Source: Elainellaceae cyanobacterium (lineage in GTDB: Bacteria; Cyanobacteriota; Cyanobacteriia; CAZCXK01). Taken from it: a stretch of DNA of 64,000 nucleotides. Position 1 is the stretch's first letter. Each line of letters begins with the position of its first letter. The notes under the pieces are model-generated. The model did not search any database and was not told where the DNA came from. It worked only from the letters and a program-made list of their open reading frames with translations. The position numbers and the translations under genes are program-made. Location of the stretch: assembly GCA_051117555.1 (NCBI GenBank), contig JBNPEG010000006.1:37730-101729 (forward strand), read 5' to 3'. Shown here in pieces: positions 12,097 through 22,837 of this stretch.

Positions 12097-14733
12097 CTAT
12101 TCTTCAATATGCTCTGGCGCTTCGCTAGCCTCACTCAACGCGTCTTCGTCAGACTCATCGGCTTCTTCGCCAGCTTCGGCAGTTCCTTCTGCTTCAGGTG
12201 GCACAAGTGCTACGGCAACAATGGCATCATCTTCATCTAATCGTTGGACATGAACCCCCGTTGCCATGCGAGATTGGCACGAGATTGCATTGACCGATTG
12301 ACGAATAATAATCCCTCGGCTGGTCACCAAAATCATTTCGTCATTCTCACCAACGATTTGCAGCGCGGCAAGCTGATCATTGGGCTTACGAAATTTAATC
12401 GCACGTAGTCCCATACCTGCTCGATTTTGCAACCGGAAATTAGCCACAGGGACCCGCTTCCCTAATCCCGCTGTCGTGATCACCAGAACCCACGGGCCTT
12501 GACCTTGTTCCCGTGTCGGACACTCAGAGTCTGATTCGTCAGACTCATCATCTACGATGTCGTCAGGAGTATTAACCACCAAACTCTCAACCAATTGCCC
12601 AGGTAAAATATCCATGCTGATCAGCTCATCGCCGCTGCGAAGTGACATAGATTTTACCCCACGAGTTGGGCGACTCAATGGACGAAGCTGGTCATGATCG
12701 GCTCGAAAATGAATCGTCATTCCTTGGCGGGTGCCGATGATGATGCTGTCTTCTGCACGAGCGCGGCGCACCCATCGGAGCTGATCGCCTTCTTCCAAGG
12801 AAATTGCAATTAAGCCGTTTGCACGAATATTACTAAATGCTGAAAGCTCTGTTTTCTTGATATAACCGCCCTGAGTCAGCATTACGAGATATTCGTCGTC
12901 CGTAAATTCGGTGACTGGCACAATCGACGTGATTTTCTCTTCCCTGGAGATAGGTAGCATTTGGACAATTGGGATACCACGAGACGTTCGAGACCCGGTC
13001 GGTATTTGGTACGCCTTCACGCAATAGGCAACGCCGCGATCGCTAAAAAAGAGAACACTGTCATGGTCAAAGCAACTTAGGAAATGCTCGACCCCATCAT
13101 CATCTTTCATTCGAGTGCCAGATTTGCCGCGCGTAGCTCGATTTTGAGCCTCAAACGTGCTAACCGGCATTCGTTTGATATAGCCCTGTTCTGTTAGAAG
13201 GATGATGGCTTGCTCGTTGGCAATCAAGTCTATATCTTCAAGCTCACCTTCGATATGCTCGATGACAGTCATGCGAGGCGTCGCATGCTTCGTTCGAAGC
13301 TCAGTAATTTCTGTTTCGATAATTTCAAGGACTCGTTCTCGACGCGCCAGAATGTCTCTCAGATCAGCAATTCGAAATTGTAAATCCTCATGTTCTTGCT
13401 GAATTTTTTCAGCCTCAAGTGCAGTCAATCGACGAAGCTGCATTTGAAGGATGGCATCAGCTTGCGTTTCGGAGAGTTCGTAGGAATCAACGAGTTGCTG
13501 CCGAGCTGTGGGGGTATCGGCGGCTCGACGAATGAGCTCAATAATTGAGTCAAGATTTGCTAACGCAACCAGTAAGCCTTGCAGAAGATGATCTCGTTCT
13601 TCGGCTTTACGGAGTTGATATTGAGTCCGCCGGATGATCGTTTCAATTCGGAAGTCTAGAAAGACTTGAAGCAAATCCCGAATGCCCAGGATCTGAGGCT
13701 CTCCATTAACAAGAGACAACATATTAACCCCAAAGTTGCATTGGAGCGGAGTCTGCTTGTAGAGGTTGTTGAGCACCACACGCGGATAGGCATCACGCTT
13801 GAGCTCAATGACAATGCGCATTCCATGGCGATCGCTCTCATCTCGAATATCGGCAATGCCATCTAGACGACGATCATTGACCATCTCAGCAATTTTCTCA
13901 ATGAGAGCTGCCTTGTTGGTTTGATAGGGAAGTTCTGTGATGATAATGGCTTCACGACTCGGGCGCCCGCGCGACTCAACGGTTTCAATAGTGGCTACAC
14001 CCCGCATGGTGATTGACCCACGCCCTGTTGCGTATGCATCTCGAATCCCGCTCGTCCCCAGAATTTGTCCCCCTGTGGGGAAATCAGGACCTGGAATATA
14101 TTGCAACAACTCTCGCCCCGTCAATTCAGGGTTATGGATCAGCGCAACTAACCCATCAATCAGCTCGCCCAGATTATGAGGCGGAATATTCGTCGCCATT
14201 CCTACCGCAATGCCAGAAGACCCATTGAGTAAAAGTTGGGGTATGCGAGACGGGAGCACAATGGGTTCTTGTTGCGAACCATCAAAATTGTCCGCAAAAT
14301 CAACTGTTTCTGCTTCTATGTCTTGAAGAAGCGCATCTGTAGTAAGAGATTGCAGGCGACACTCTGTGTATCGCATTGCTGCGGGTGGATCATTATCGAC
14401 TGACCCAAAGTTGCCATGCCCATTGATAAGAGGAGCCCGCATTGAAAAGTTTTGCGCCATTCGCACAAGGGCGTCATAAACCGCAGTGTCTCCGTGGGGA
14501 TGATATTTACCCAGCACCTCCCCGACAACACGGGCGCATTTTCGAAATGGGCGATCTGCGCTCAAACCCAATTCGTGCATAGCGTAAAGAATACGGCGAT
14601 GAACAGGTTTTAGACCATCCCTGGCATCTGGTAATGCTCGACCTACGATGACGCTCATCGCATATTCGAGATAAGACCGAGACATCTCGTTACGCAGATC
14701 GGTCGGGATAATCCGCTCCTGAGGAGTGCTCAT
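12097..14733 (-). CDS. gyrA: DNA gyrase subunit A
   Basis: [22 protein letters not shown] and AAMRYTE (catalytic Tyr); CTD with GyrA-box variant QNRATRG and an acidic tail. Confidence 0.97.
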   Translation of the reverse strand: MSTPQERIIPTDLRNEMSRSYLEYAMSVIVGRALPDARDGLKPVHRRILYAMHELGLSADRPFRKCARVVGEVLGKYHPHGDTAVYDALVRMAQNFSMRAPLINGHGNFGSVDNDPPAAMRYTECRLQSLTTDALLQDIEAETVDFADNFDGSQQEPIVLPSRIPQLLLNGSSGIAVGMATNIPPHNLGELIDGLVALIHNPELTGRELLQYIPGPDFPTGGQILGTSGIRDAYATGRGSITMRGVATIETVESRGRPSREAIIITELPYQTNKAALIEKIAEMVNDRRLDGIADIRDESDRHGMRIVIELKRDAYPRVVLNNLYKQTPLQCNFGVNMLSLVNGEPQILGIRDLLQVFLDFRIETIIRRTQYQLRKAEERDHLLQGLLVALANLDSIIELIRRAADTPTARQQLVDSYELSETQADAILQMQLRRLTALEAEKIQQEHEDLQFRIADLRDILARRERVLEIIETEITELRTKHATPRMTVIEHIEGELEDIDLIANEQAIILLTEQGYIKRMPVSTFEAQNRATRGKSGTRMKDDDGVEHFLSCFDHDSVLFFSDRGVAYCVKAYQIPTGSRTSRGIPIVQMLPISREEKITSIVPVTEFTDDEYLVMLTQGGYIKKTELSAFSNIRANGLIAISLEEGDQLRWVRRARAEDSIIIGTRQGMTIHFRADHDQLRPLSRPTRGVKSMSLRSGDELISMDILPGQLVESLVVNTPDDIVDDESDESDSECPTREQGQGPWVLVITTAGLGKRVPVANFRLQNRAGMGLRAIKFRKPNDQLAALQIVGENDEMILVTSRGIIIRQSVNAISCQSRMATGVHVQRLDEDDAIVAVALVPPEAEGTAEAGEEADESDEDALSEASEAPEHIEE

Positions 14734-15104
14734 ACCTTAAAAGACTCCGAATAATCTCGCTTTCAAAAAATCAAGCCTGGAACAGCACAGCATGAATAAA
14801 CTCTTAAAAACATCTGAAGCTGTTACACAAGCGCCTTGGATAAAGATTTAACTCTTGAATTTTAGCATAATTTCCCGATGTTTTGCCTTGCTAAACTCTG
14901 TCTGTAGACCGCTTGAGTTTTCGAGAAAACAAATTGGATATTTGGTTTAAATTCGTTATCGAAAGCCGAGGATTTTGAATAATTTTTTTGGGTTGAGTTT
15001 GTAAACTCTAAAATCCTTAATTGGAAGATTGAGAAATGCATTTAAAGTGAACCAGGACAAAGCTTTTCTAAGTCAATACCCAAGGATTAACCAACCTTTA
15101 ATAG

Positions 15105-15153
15105 ATATTGTGAACTCGTTCTAAAAGAATCTTTTAGAACGAGTTCACAATAT
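15105..15153. repeat. Perfect palindrome, 24-bp arms with a 1-nt spacer
   Basis: ATATTGTGAACTCGTTCTAAAAGA-a-TCTTTTAGAACGAGTTCACAATAT. Confidence 0.95.
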
Positions 15154-15339
15154 GCACTAAAAACAGAATTCAGATATGCATCAGCAATCTAATTGTGAGC
15201 GATAGGGCTACCAAATCATTCATGAAATGGAAGTGCGGGAAGCTTGCCTGCCTTAGCAAAGCCTTTCCGTCAGGAGGAGTAAAATACTAATGCTATGCAT
15301 TGAAAAGCGTTGGCGTAGCCTTGCCACAGGCAAAACGCA

Positions 15340-15451
15340 CTAGTACAAGACAGCGGAAGTTTCATAACCATAGTGTGAGCGTCTCGCTCACATCGCGGGC
15401 AAAATGCTCGCACTCTTATAGGGTTGGCTTATTTTTGCCAAACAGTACTAG
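15340..15451. mobile_element. MITE-like element with CTAGTAC...GTACTAG ends
   Basis: Perfect 7-bp terminal IR extending imperfectly to ~30 bp (ending AACC/GGTT), with internal hairpins TGTGAGCG-tct-CGCTCACA and GCGGGCA-aaa-TGCTCGC. Confidence 0.55.
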
Positions 15452-15509
15452 AGATTTTCACACATCATTGGGATTGCCACATTAAATTCGACAAGAATAG
15501 GCTTGCCGA

Positions 15510-15537
15510 AATTCACAAGCAATTTAGGACCGCTATA
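15510..15537. mobile_element. End fragment of a TATAGC MITE, subfamily A
   Basis: AATTCACAAGCAATTTAGGACCGCTATA closely matches the end of the 34049-34140 copy. Confidence 0.65.
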
Positions 15538-16045
15538 TCTTAGCTAATTGACTCAAGAAAATTTAACAGATGCAGTTTGAAGGAGTGCGTTCGGCATATG
15601 AGATAAAACATTTATATGAAGTAAAAAGTAAGAAAAATTAGAAATTAATAGGACGATCCCGAACTGTTCTAAAATAGGAGTGCAGACCTGGCCACGTTAG
15701 CAAAACCTTTCTGCTAAGAGAAATAAGACGCCAATACTATGCATCGCTTGAGCGATCGCACTAGAGATTCAGACAATTCATTTGGGGTGGCTTCCTAATC
15801 CACTAAGCACCCATTTCTTCGTAGAAATAAGCTAAGAAACATGGATTAAATAGTCTGTTAAATTGTCATATTTTCAGGAGCACAGCATGACGTGCTCTTA
15901 CCCAGGAAAATCTTATATTAATAAATTTTCATTCTCAAGTTCGTAAATCAGACACTTAAGCGGCGATAAGTTTTGAGTGTATTAAAGATTTTTAGAGTGT
16001 CATTCTAGGCAAAATCAACCCACCCGAAAATTTTTCCTGCTCTAC

Positions 16046-16417
16046 TTAAGACTTTTGCCAAACGACAAGCAATACACCACACACGATGAACCCTAATCCA
16101 ACGAGCCGCATCGGTGGAATCGACTCTCGAAACACAAAATAACCGACGACAACAGAAAGGACGTAACTCAAGGCGACAGATGGCCCAATGACGCTGAGTT
16201 TAACGCGCGTTAGCAGGAGAATATAGGTGATGGCACTTAATCCGTAAAACGCTAATCCTCCAAGCAATTCGGGGGTGGTAATGATGCTCAACGCATGGTC
16301 AATCATGTTTTCGGGAGTCACCCTGCCAAGTTTTAAGGCTCCCAACTTCAAAAAAAACTGACCCGTAACTGCAATGAGCAGCGATATTACGAAGACGCCA
16401 AACTCGATGGGAGTCAC
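16046..16417 (-). CDS. Small 4-TM EamA/SMR (ArnE/F-like) transporter
   Basis: GQFFLKLG, four hydrophobic helices, FRESI...GLGFIVCGV. Confidence 0.75.
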   Translation of the reverse strand: MTPIEFGVFVISLLIAVTGQFFLKLGALKLGRVTPENMIDHALSIITTPELLGGLAFYGLSAITYILLLTRVKLSVIGPSVALSYVLSVVVGYFVFRESIPPMRLVGLGFIVCGVLLVVWQKS

Positions 16418-16678
16418 AATAATTTTCTCAGAGATACAGGGCTTGATTCTAACTGCATGATAGTTTACCGAATTGCTGCATCCAATTGCGACAATTATTC
16501 ATCTCTTCCTACTTACGCACATTAATTTATAGAATTCGAAGAATCTGCCTAATCGTTAGATTGAAAGATTTCTGGGCGAACAGTATGGACATCTAAGAAT
16601 TTTATCTATCTACTGCATTCTGCGCCAAACTTATTACAATTTGAACTCCAGCCTATCGACCTAAATCGGTGCCCTATT

Positions 16679-17626
16679 ATGATGCCTATTATCTATTCGG
16701 ATCAGTTCCTTGACCACAAGACTGGTTCGTACCATCCCGAAAATCCAGGTCGCCTGACTGCAATTACAACTGCCCTCAAAGCATCTCCTTGGGCGGATGA
16801 TTTAGATTGGCAGTTGCCCACTCTGCCTGATAATCAAGCCAGCCGCTTAATGGATGCCATCTATGCTGTGCATCCAAGGCGGTATGTTGATGCGGTTCAA
16901 ACGCTGTGCCGAAACGGCGGAGGACATATTGACGCAGACACTCCTTTATCCTCTCGCAGCTATGATGTCGCCCTGCTAGCCGTTAGTGCCTGGCTCGATG
17001 GCGTCGATCGAGTCCTCGAAGCGGGGAATCCGGCATTTGTGCTTGCTCGCCCGCCCGGTCATCACGCGATGCCACAGCGCGGCATGGGATTTTGTGTTTT
17101 TTCAAATGCGGCGATCGCTGCTAGCTATGCATTAACACAGCCCGACGTCACTCGAGTTGCAATTCTCGATTGGGATGTGCATCACGGTAACGGGACACAG
17201 GCCGTTGTCGCAAAGCATCCTGGTATGGCTTACTGTTCGTTACACGAATCTCCTCATTACCCGGGCACGGGAGATGCTTCAGAGAAAGGATCATTCAACA
17301 ATGTGCTCAATCTGCCCGTGGCCGCCGGAAGCACGATTGAGGACTATCAGCCTCTTTTCGAAGATGAGGTGATACCATTTCTGACGAAATTTCATCCTGA
17401 CCTACTGATTGTAAGCGCAGGGTATGACGCAAACTATGACGACCAACTTGCAAGCATCGCGCTTCGACCTGGAGATTATCGAATATTCACAGCTTATTGT
17501 TTAAATGTGACCTCTCGAATTTTATTTGGTTTAGAAGGAGGATATGATTTCAATGCCCTAGCTCAATCCGTTATCGCCACAATTGAGCCATGTTTATCTT
17601 CTAAGAAAGTCAATGCAGATGATTAA
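16679..17626 (+). CDS. Histone deacetylase family protein
   Basis: HPE, RPPGHHA, GFC, DWDVHHGNGTQ, SAGYDA, LEGGY. Confidence 0.95.
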   Translation: MMPIIYSDQFLDHKTGSYHPENPGRLTAITTALKASPWADDLDWQLPTLPDNQASRLMDAIYAVHPRRYVDAVQTLCRNGGGHIDADTPLSSRSYDVALLAVSAWLDGVDRVLEAGNPAFVLARPPGHHAMPQRGMGFCVFSNAAIAASYALTQPDVTRVAILDWDVHHGNGTQAVVAKHPGMAYCSLHESPHYPGTGDASEKGSFNNVLNLPVAAGSTIEDYQPLFEDEVIPFLTKFHPDLLIVSAGYDANYDDQLASIALRPGDYRIFTAYCLNVTSRILFGLEGGYDFNALAQSVIATIEPCLSSKKVNADD

Positions 17627-18557
17627 CGAACTATTAACGAATTGTGGCCTATCAAGTTCCGATGAATTTCCAGACAAAGATTTGGATGGGGTTCTGATGT
17701 CATCTCAGGAGGGGAGTAAAAGTCTGGTCGAATATATCAATGTCTGCTTTAGAGAGGCATAAAATTTTATCAGTAAGATTTGCTAGCGACATTGCAACAT
17801 AATCAACATCAAATCCGTGAATATACGGAACTTATCGAGTCAATCTAATTTCGAAAATAGTTGATTAAAGCTGCTCAGCACTGCTCTATAGATGTCACAA
17901 TTCTGCTACGGGAGGAATCAATTTGAGTCATTAAGCTGAAATTGAGACATGATTGCTGCACGACGATATAAAGAGTAGAGCAATCTTGACAAGATGTTAT
18001 TTAGTTTTAATTTCCTGAATTTCCAGCCCTGCTCACGTTTCTTGAAAAGGGACATTGCCTCTTCAAATCATTTGGCCTGGTTGAATTTCAACTCTTTTAA
18101 CTTATATCTCTTCTCGATTGAGTAACGAGTTAAGCATCCAATATCTGACTCTGTTATTCAATAATGAACTTCAAATTTTTCTAAGCCCCATAAAAGAGCT
18201 CAGCCTTTATAATAAAAAGATATCTTTTATTACCACGCATAAAGAGTATTACTACTCACAGATAGCATACGGGTAGAGTTTTACGATTTTGCCCTCTTAC
18301 TGTGGATTTACCTCTCAATAGTGTAAATGGGAATGGAGGAAATTGTCATCCAATAGAGATCGGTTATTCATAAACTTACAAAACAAGGTACAAAATAAAG
18401 CCAAATGTCTAACCATCACTAGATTTAAAGATATGCATTGATTCAAGTCTCTCATTGCTCCTTAAGGTATCGAAACGGTCGGGCTTGGAAGAATCTATCC
18501 GCGTTATCGAATTTCTTAGTTGATTCTCATCACTATATTTTTTAGGTATAAGTTTCT

Positions 18558-19076
18558 ATGTCATCTATGAACCGTCTCTCAATTTTTGTAGACGGGAACA
18601 ACATGTTCTACGCTCAGCAGAAAAATGGTTGGTTTTTTGACCCTAAGAGAGTCTTACAACACTTTACCAGCGGACCGGATGTCATGCTCATTAATGCCTT
18701 CTGGTATACCGGGCTTAAAGATTCTCAGGATCAACGAGGATTTAGAGATGCTCTGATTAGTCTTGGATACACCGTCAGGACTAAAATTCTTAAAGAGTAT
18801 TATGACGATAACTCTGGGCGATATTCTCAGAAGGCGAATTTAGATATTGAAATTGTTGTAGACATGTTTAACACCGTTGAGCAATACGATCGGGTAGTGC
18901 TGTTTAGTGGCGACGGTGATTTTGAGCGTGCCATTGAATTGTTGCGTTCAAAAAGCACTCACATTACGGTGGTATCAACCGAGGGAATGATTGCCCGGGA
19001 ACTGCGTAACGCCACCGATCGCTACATCGATCTCAATGATATTCGCGATCGGATTGAAAAGATTGATGGTTTATAG
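18558..19076 (+). CDS. LabA/DUF88 NYN-domain protein
   Basis: FVDGNNMFY, KANLDIEIVVD, FSGDGDF. Confidence 0.9.
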   Translation: MSSMNRLSIFVDGNNMFYAQQKNGWFFDPKRVLQHFTSGPDVMLINAFWYTGLKDSQDQRGFRDALISLGYTVRTKILKEYYDDNSGRYSQKANLDIEIVVDMFNTVEQYDRVVLFSGDGDFERAIELLRSKSTHITVVSTEGMIARELRNATDRYIDLNDIRDRIEKIDGL

Positions 19077-19326
19077 AGCGTGAGTCCTTGTGCCCCACGG
19101 TTTTTCTTAATTGAGATGAATTGAAGCGATCGCTCAATCTCGGTTGGATTGTTTAAAATTTCAGTTTGGGCTGCGATATAATTATAGTTTTGCATATTTT
19201 TTAAGGGCAAGGTTTCAAAGGAGCATGCATCATTACTAAACCATGCATAAGCACCCAGATAGTGCCAATGTTTGGCTAACTTACCTTGCAATATGATGGT
19301 CATTGTTGTTGAGTCAGTGAATTGCC

Positions 19327-20952
19327 ATGAATACAACTTCTCAGCCTGAACGCATCATTATCTTCGATACCACTCTTCGGGATGGGGAACAGTCTCCCGG
19401 CGCGACTCTAAATGTGGATGAAAAGCTGAGTATTGCGCGGCAACTGGCTCGACTGGGTGTAGACGTGATTGAGGCAGGGTTCCCATTTGCCAGCCTTGGC
19501 GACTTTGAAGCCGTCAGTAAAATTGCGGAAACGGTTGGAATAGAGGGCGGACCCATAATCTGTGGACTTGCTAGAGCAACTCGTCAAGATATCAAGGCGG
19601 CTGCGGATGCCTTAAAGCCTGCGGTTCATGCCCGAATTCATACGTTCATTGCCACCTCAGACATTCACCTGCAATATAAGCTCAAAAAATCCAGGGACGA
19701 TGTGTTAGCGATCGTGCCGGATATGGTTGCGTATGCAAAGTCTTTTGTAGAGGATGTGGAATTTTCGCCTGAAGATGCAGGACGTTCCGACCCAGCATTT
19801 TTGTATCAGGTTCTTGAAACGGCGATCGCCGCAGGTGCAACCACAATTAACATTCCTGATACGGTTGGTTATACAACACCGAGCGAGTTTGGAGGTCTAA
19901 TTCGCGGGATCAAAGAGAATGTGCCCAATATCGATCGCGCCATTATTTCTGTACATGGTCACAATGATTTAGGGTTGGCAGTCGCGAATTTCCTGGAAGC
20001 AATTAAGAATGGTGCGCGGCAGCTCGAATGCACAATCAATGGGATTGGAGAGCGTGCAGGTAATGCGGCGCTAGAAGAATTGGTCATGGCTCTCCATGTG
20101 CGTCGGCAACATTACAATCCGTTTTTGGGGCGATCGGCGGATTCGGAAGAGCCTCTGACCAACATTGATACTCGCCAAATCTATAAAACATCTCGCCTTG
20201 TCTCCAATTTGACGGGTATGTTTGTGCAGCCGAACAAAGCGATTGTAGGCGCAAATGCCTTTGCCCACGAATCTGGAATTCACCAAGATGGCGTTTTGAA
20301 GCACAAGCTGACCTATGAGATTATGGATGCTCAGTCGATTGGTTTGACTGACAACCAAATTGTACTGGGCAAGCATTCCGGGCGAAATGCATTCCGGACT
20401 CGACTTCATGAACTAGGGTTTGACCTATCTGAGCAAGACCTCAATCGCGCATTCCTCCGATTTAAGGAGTTGGCAGACAAGAAGAAGGAAGTCAGCGATT
20501 GGGATCTAGAAGCGATTGTAAATGATGAAACTCAACAAACTCCTGAGGCATTTCATCTTGAGCTCGTTCAAGTGTCCTGTGGCGATCGCGCTCGTCCGAC
20601 CGCAACCGTTACGATTCTGACTCCTGACGGCAAAGAACTGACAGATGCTGCGACTGGAACAGGGCCCGTTGATGCAGTTTATAAGGCGATTAATCGGGTC
20701 GTCGATATTCCTAATCAACTCATCGAGTTTTCGGTGAAGTCAGTCACAGAGGGAATTGATGCTATGGGTGAAGTGACAATTCGACTGCGTCACGAGGGTC
20801 GCCTATTTTCTGGACATGCAGCCAACACAGATATTGTGGTAGCGTCTGCCCATGCCTACATGAATGCACTCAATCGATTGCACACTGCGCTCCAAAATGG
20901 CAAAGTGCTGCATCCCCAGCGAGACAATGCAGAGGTGCAAGTCGTCGGATAA
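19327..20952 (+). CDS. leuA: 2-isopropylmalate synthase
   Basis: [19 protein letters not shown] and HESGIHQDG, plus regulatory domain GTGPVDA. Confidence 0.97.
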   Translation: MNTTSQPERIIIFDTTLRDGEQSPGATLNVDEKLSIARQLARLGVDVIEAGFPFASLGDFEAVSKIAETVGIEGGPIICGLARATRQDIKAAADALKPAVHARIHTFIATSDIHLQYKLKKSRDDVLAIVPDMVAYAKSFVEDVEFSPEDAGRSDPAFLYQVLETAIAAGATTINIPDTVGYTTPSEFGGLIRGIKENVPNIDRAIISVHGHNDLGLAVANFLEAIKNGARQLECTINGIGERAGNAALEELVMALHVRRQHYNPFLGRSADSEEPLTNIDTRQIYKTSRLVSNLTGMFVQPNKAIVGANAFAHESGIHQDGVLKHKLTYEIMDAQSIGLTDNQIVLGKHSGRNAFRTRLHELGFDLSEQDLNRAFLRFKELADKKKEVSDWDLEAIVNDETQQTPEAFHLELVQVSCGDRARPTATVTILTPDGKELTDAATGTGPVDAVYKAINRVVDIPNQLIEFSVKSVTEGIDAMGEVTIRLRHEGRLFSGHAANTDIVVASAHAYMNALNRLHTALQNGKVLHPQRDNAEVQVVG

Positions 20953-21038
20953 CACGTAGTGACTTAAACCCGTGAGGGACGTGATTCGCTTGCGTCCCTT
21001 TATAATGTGCTAGACATGCACGGCTGATTGGCATTCAA

Positions 21039-21872
21039 ATGGTTAAGAGATCGGAGAGCGGGCGCTACATCTGGACATATGTGCTGCTAGGGGCGATCGC
21101 CCTAGTGATGCTTCTACCCTTAATTTGGTTAGTCAGTACATCATTCAAATCCCCCACAGAGGATATCTTCCAGTTTCCCCCCCAGTTTCTTCCGCAACAG
21201 CCTACGCTCCAAAACTTTGTGCGAGTGTGGCAAACGAACCCATTTGGTCGATATCTGTTTAATAGCACCTTTGTAGCAGTACTCACGGTTGCCCTCAACC
21301 TGCTGTTTTGCTCGTTGGCAGCGTATCCGTTAGCTCGTCTCAATTTCCGAGGCCGGGAGCTCATTTTCACGTCTATTGTGGCGACGATTTTGATCCCGTT
21401 TCAGATTGTGATGATTCCGCTCTATATTTTGACCGTTCAGCTCGGGTTGCGAAATACCTATTTAGGCATCATTTTTCCGGCGATCGCATCAGCATTTGGG
21501 ATTTTTCTCTTACGCCAGGCGTTTCAGGGAGTGCCAAAAGAGCTAGAAGAAGCTGCCCGAATAGATGGCTGTTCTGATTTGGGTATTTGGTGGCATGTAA
21601 TGGTACCGTCCGTACGACCTGCTCTTGTCACGCTTGCGATTTTTGTGTTTATCGGGTCTTGGAGCGATTTTCTATGGCCACTCATTATCCTCGATCGCCC
21701 CGAATACTATACATTGCCGCTGGGGGTCGCTAAACTAGCGGGGTCTTTTTCACTCGACTGGCGATTGATTGCAGCAGGTTCCGTCATTTCTATCGTCCCG
21801 ATTCTTATTGTCTTCATTTTTATGCAGCGATACATTGTTCCTACCGAGACGGGAAGCGGCGTTAAAGGCTGA
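21039..21872 (+). CDS. Carbohydrate ABC transporter permease (MalG-like), standing alone
   Basis: EAA motif ELEEAARIDG and six TM segments. Confidence 0.9.
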   Translation: MVKRSESGRYIWTYVLLGAIALVMLLPLIWLVSTSFKSPTEDIFQFPPQFLPQQPTLQNFVRVWQTNPFGRYLFNSTFVAVLTVALNLLFCSLAAYPLARLNFRGRELIFTSIVATILIPFQIVMIPLYILTVQLGLRNTYLGIIFPAIASAFGIFLLRQAFQGVPKELEEAARIDGCSDLGIWWHVMVPSVRPALVTLAIFVFIGSWSDFLWPLIILDRPEYYTLPLGVAKLAGSFSLDWRLIAAGSVISIVPILIVFIFMQRYIVPTETGSGVKG

Positions 21873-22059
21873 TCCTACAGAGCGTCCTATTGCGTATGTT
21901 AAGAAAGTATGCAATTATTTAAGAAATGTAACAAAAAGATTTAATTTTACGTATAACGAATCCCGTTGAATGTTCTGTTAAATCTCTCAGGCGATCGGTG
22001 AAAGACCGCATCATGCGATTTCACGATTGTCAATAGTCAACGTTAGTAGGATCACAGCT

Positions 22060-22536
22060 ATGCAATCTGCTTCCAATTCTATGGAAACCACTACAAACAG
22101 CCTGTTTTTAGAAAGAGTAAAAAGAGCAGCGGGCTTAGAAGATTTATACGACGCAAGAGATGTGGCTGAAGTCGTCTTCCGCACGATGCGCGATGTGATG
22201 ACAACTGAAGCATCTGATCGCGTTGCGTCAGAGCTTCAAGGGAAGGTCATGTCAACTGGAGACAGTGGTACGGCAGAATGTGAACTGGCCCAACTCTGGC
22301 AAGACACCAATCCTGTAGTCCGTGCCTTAAGTCGAGTTCGCCCTCCTCTTGAAATTAAGCCAGAGACGTTTGTGTTTCGAATTAGCCAAGAGGCTGGAAT
22401 TTCGAGAGGAATTGACCCTCTTGAAGTCACCGAAGCTATCTTCTCTGCATTTAAGCAGGAGCTTTCTCCAGAAAGGATTAAAGAAATCTCAGACTTTATG
22501 CCTGGAGATATTCGTCAGGTTTGGCGACGAGCATAA
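22060..22536 (+). CDS. DUF2267-family protein
   Basis: FLERV...ARDVAEVVFRTMRD...IRQVW pattern; likely ATG at 22060. Confidence 0.7.
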   Translation: MQSASNSMETTTNSLFLERVKRAAGLEDLYDARDVAEVVFRTMRDVMTTEASDRVASELQGKVMSTGDSGTAECELAQLWQDTNPVVRALSRVRPPLEIKPETFVFRISQEAGISRGIDPLEVTEAIFSAFKQELSPERIKEISDFMPGDIRQVWRRA

Positions 22537-22623
22537 GCGAGCTGGGAGCATCAATGTTTGTTATGAGAGTACTACTCCCGTGCTGCTCCAAAATTAGGTC
22601 TCAAAATCGACTAAAAAGCCTGC

Positions 22624-22717
22624 TATAGACCTACGGGCTCAGGTTTGTGTGGTGAGCCCCCGTGCCGCGGGGGCTCACCACACGTTTAAAGTCCTAATGC
22701 GAGAGCGCAGGACTATA
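22624..22717. mobile_element. TATAG MITE, subfamily B
   Basis: TATAGACCTACG...CGCAGGACTATA ends with a 16-bp hairpin GTGTGGTGAGCCCCCG/CGGGGGCTCACCACAC; related copy at 32226. Confidence 0.75.
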
Positions 22718-22837
22718 TACCTAGATCTAGGTTGCCAAATCTTACGGCTAGGTGGGAGTCAATAATCTGAAAAACTGCATCTGGACGAGATTGGCAGTGT
22801 CAAGCCCTTGCTGCCGGAATTGTAACTGGTATTAAAT

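Noticed and set aside
12097..14733. Intein in GyrA
   Set aside because: The length is normal and the extra sequence is a short acidic loop and tail without splicing motifs.
15300..15485. 61-aa ORF
   Set aside because: It is composed of nested repeat elements.
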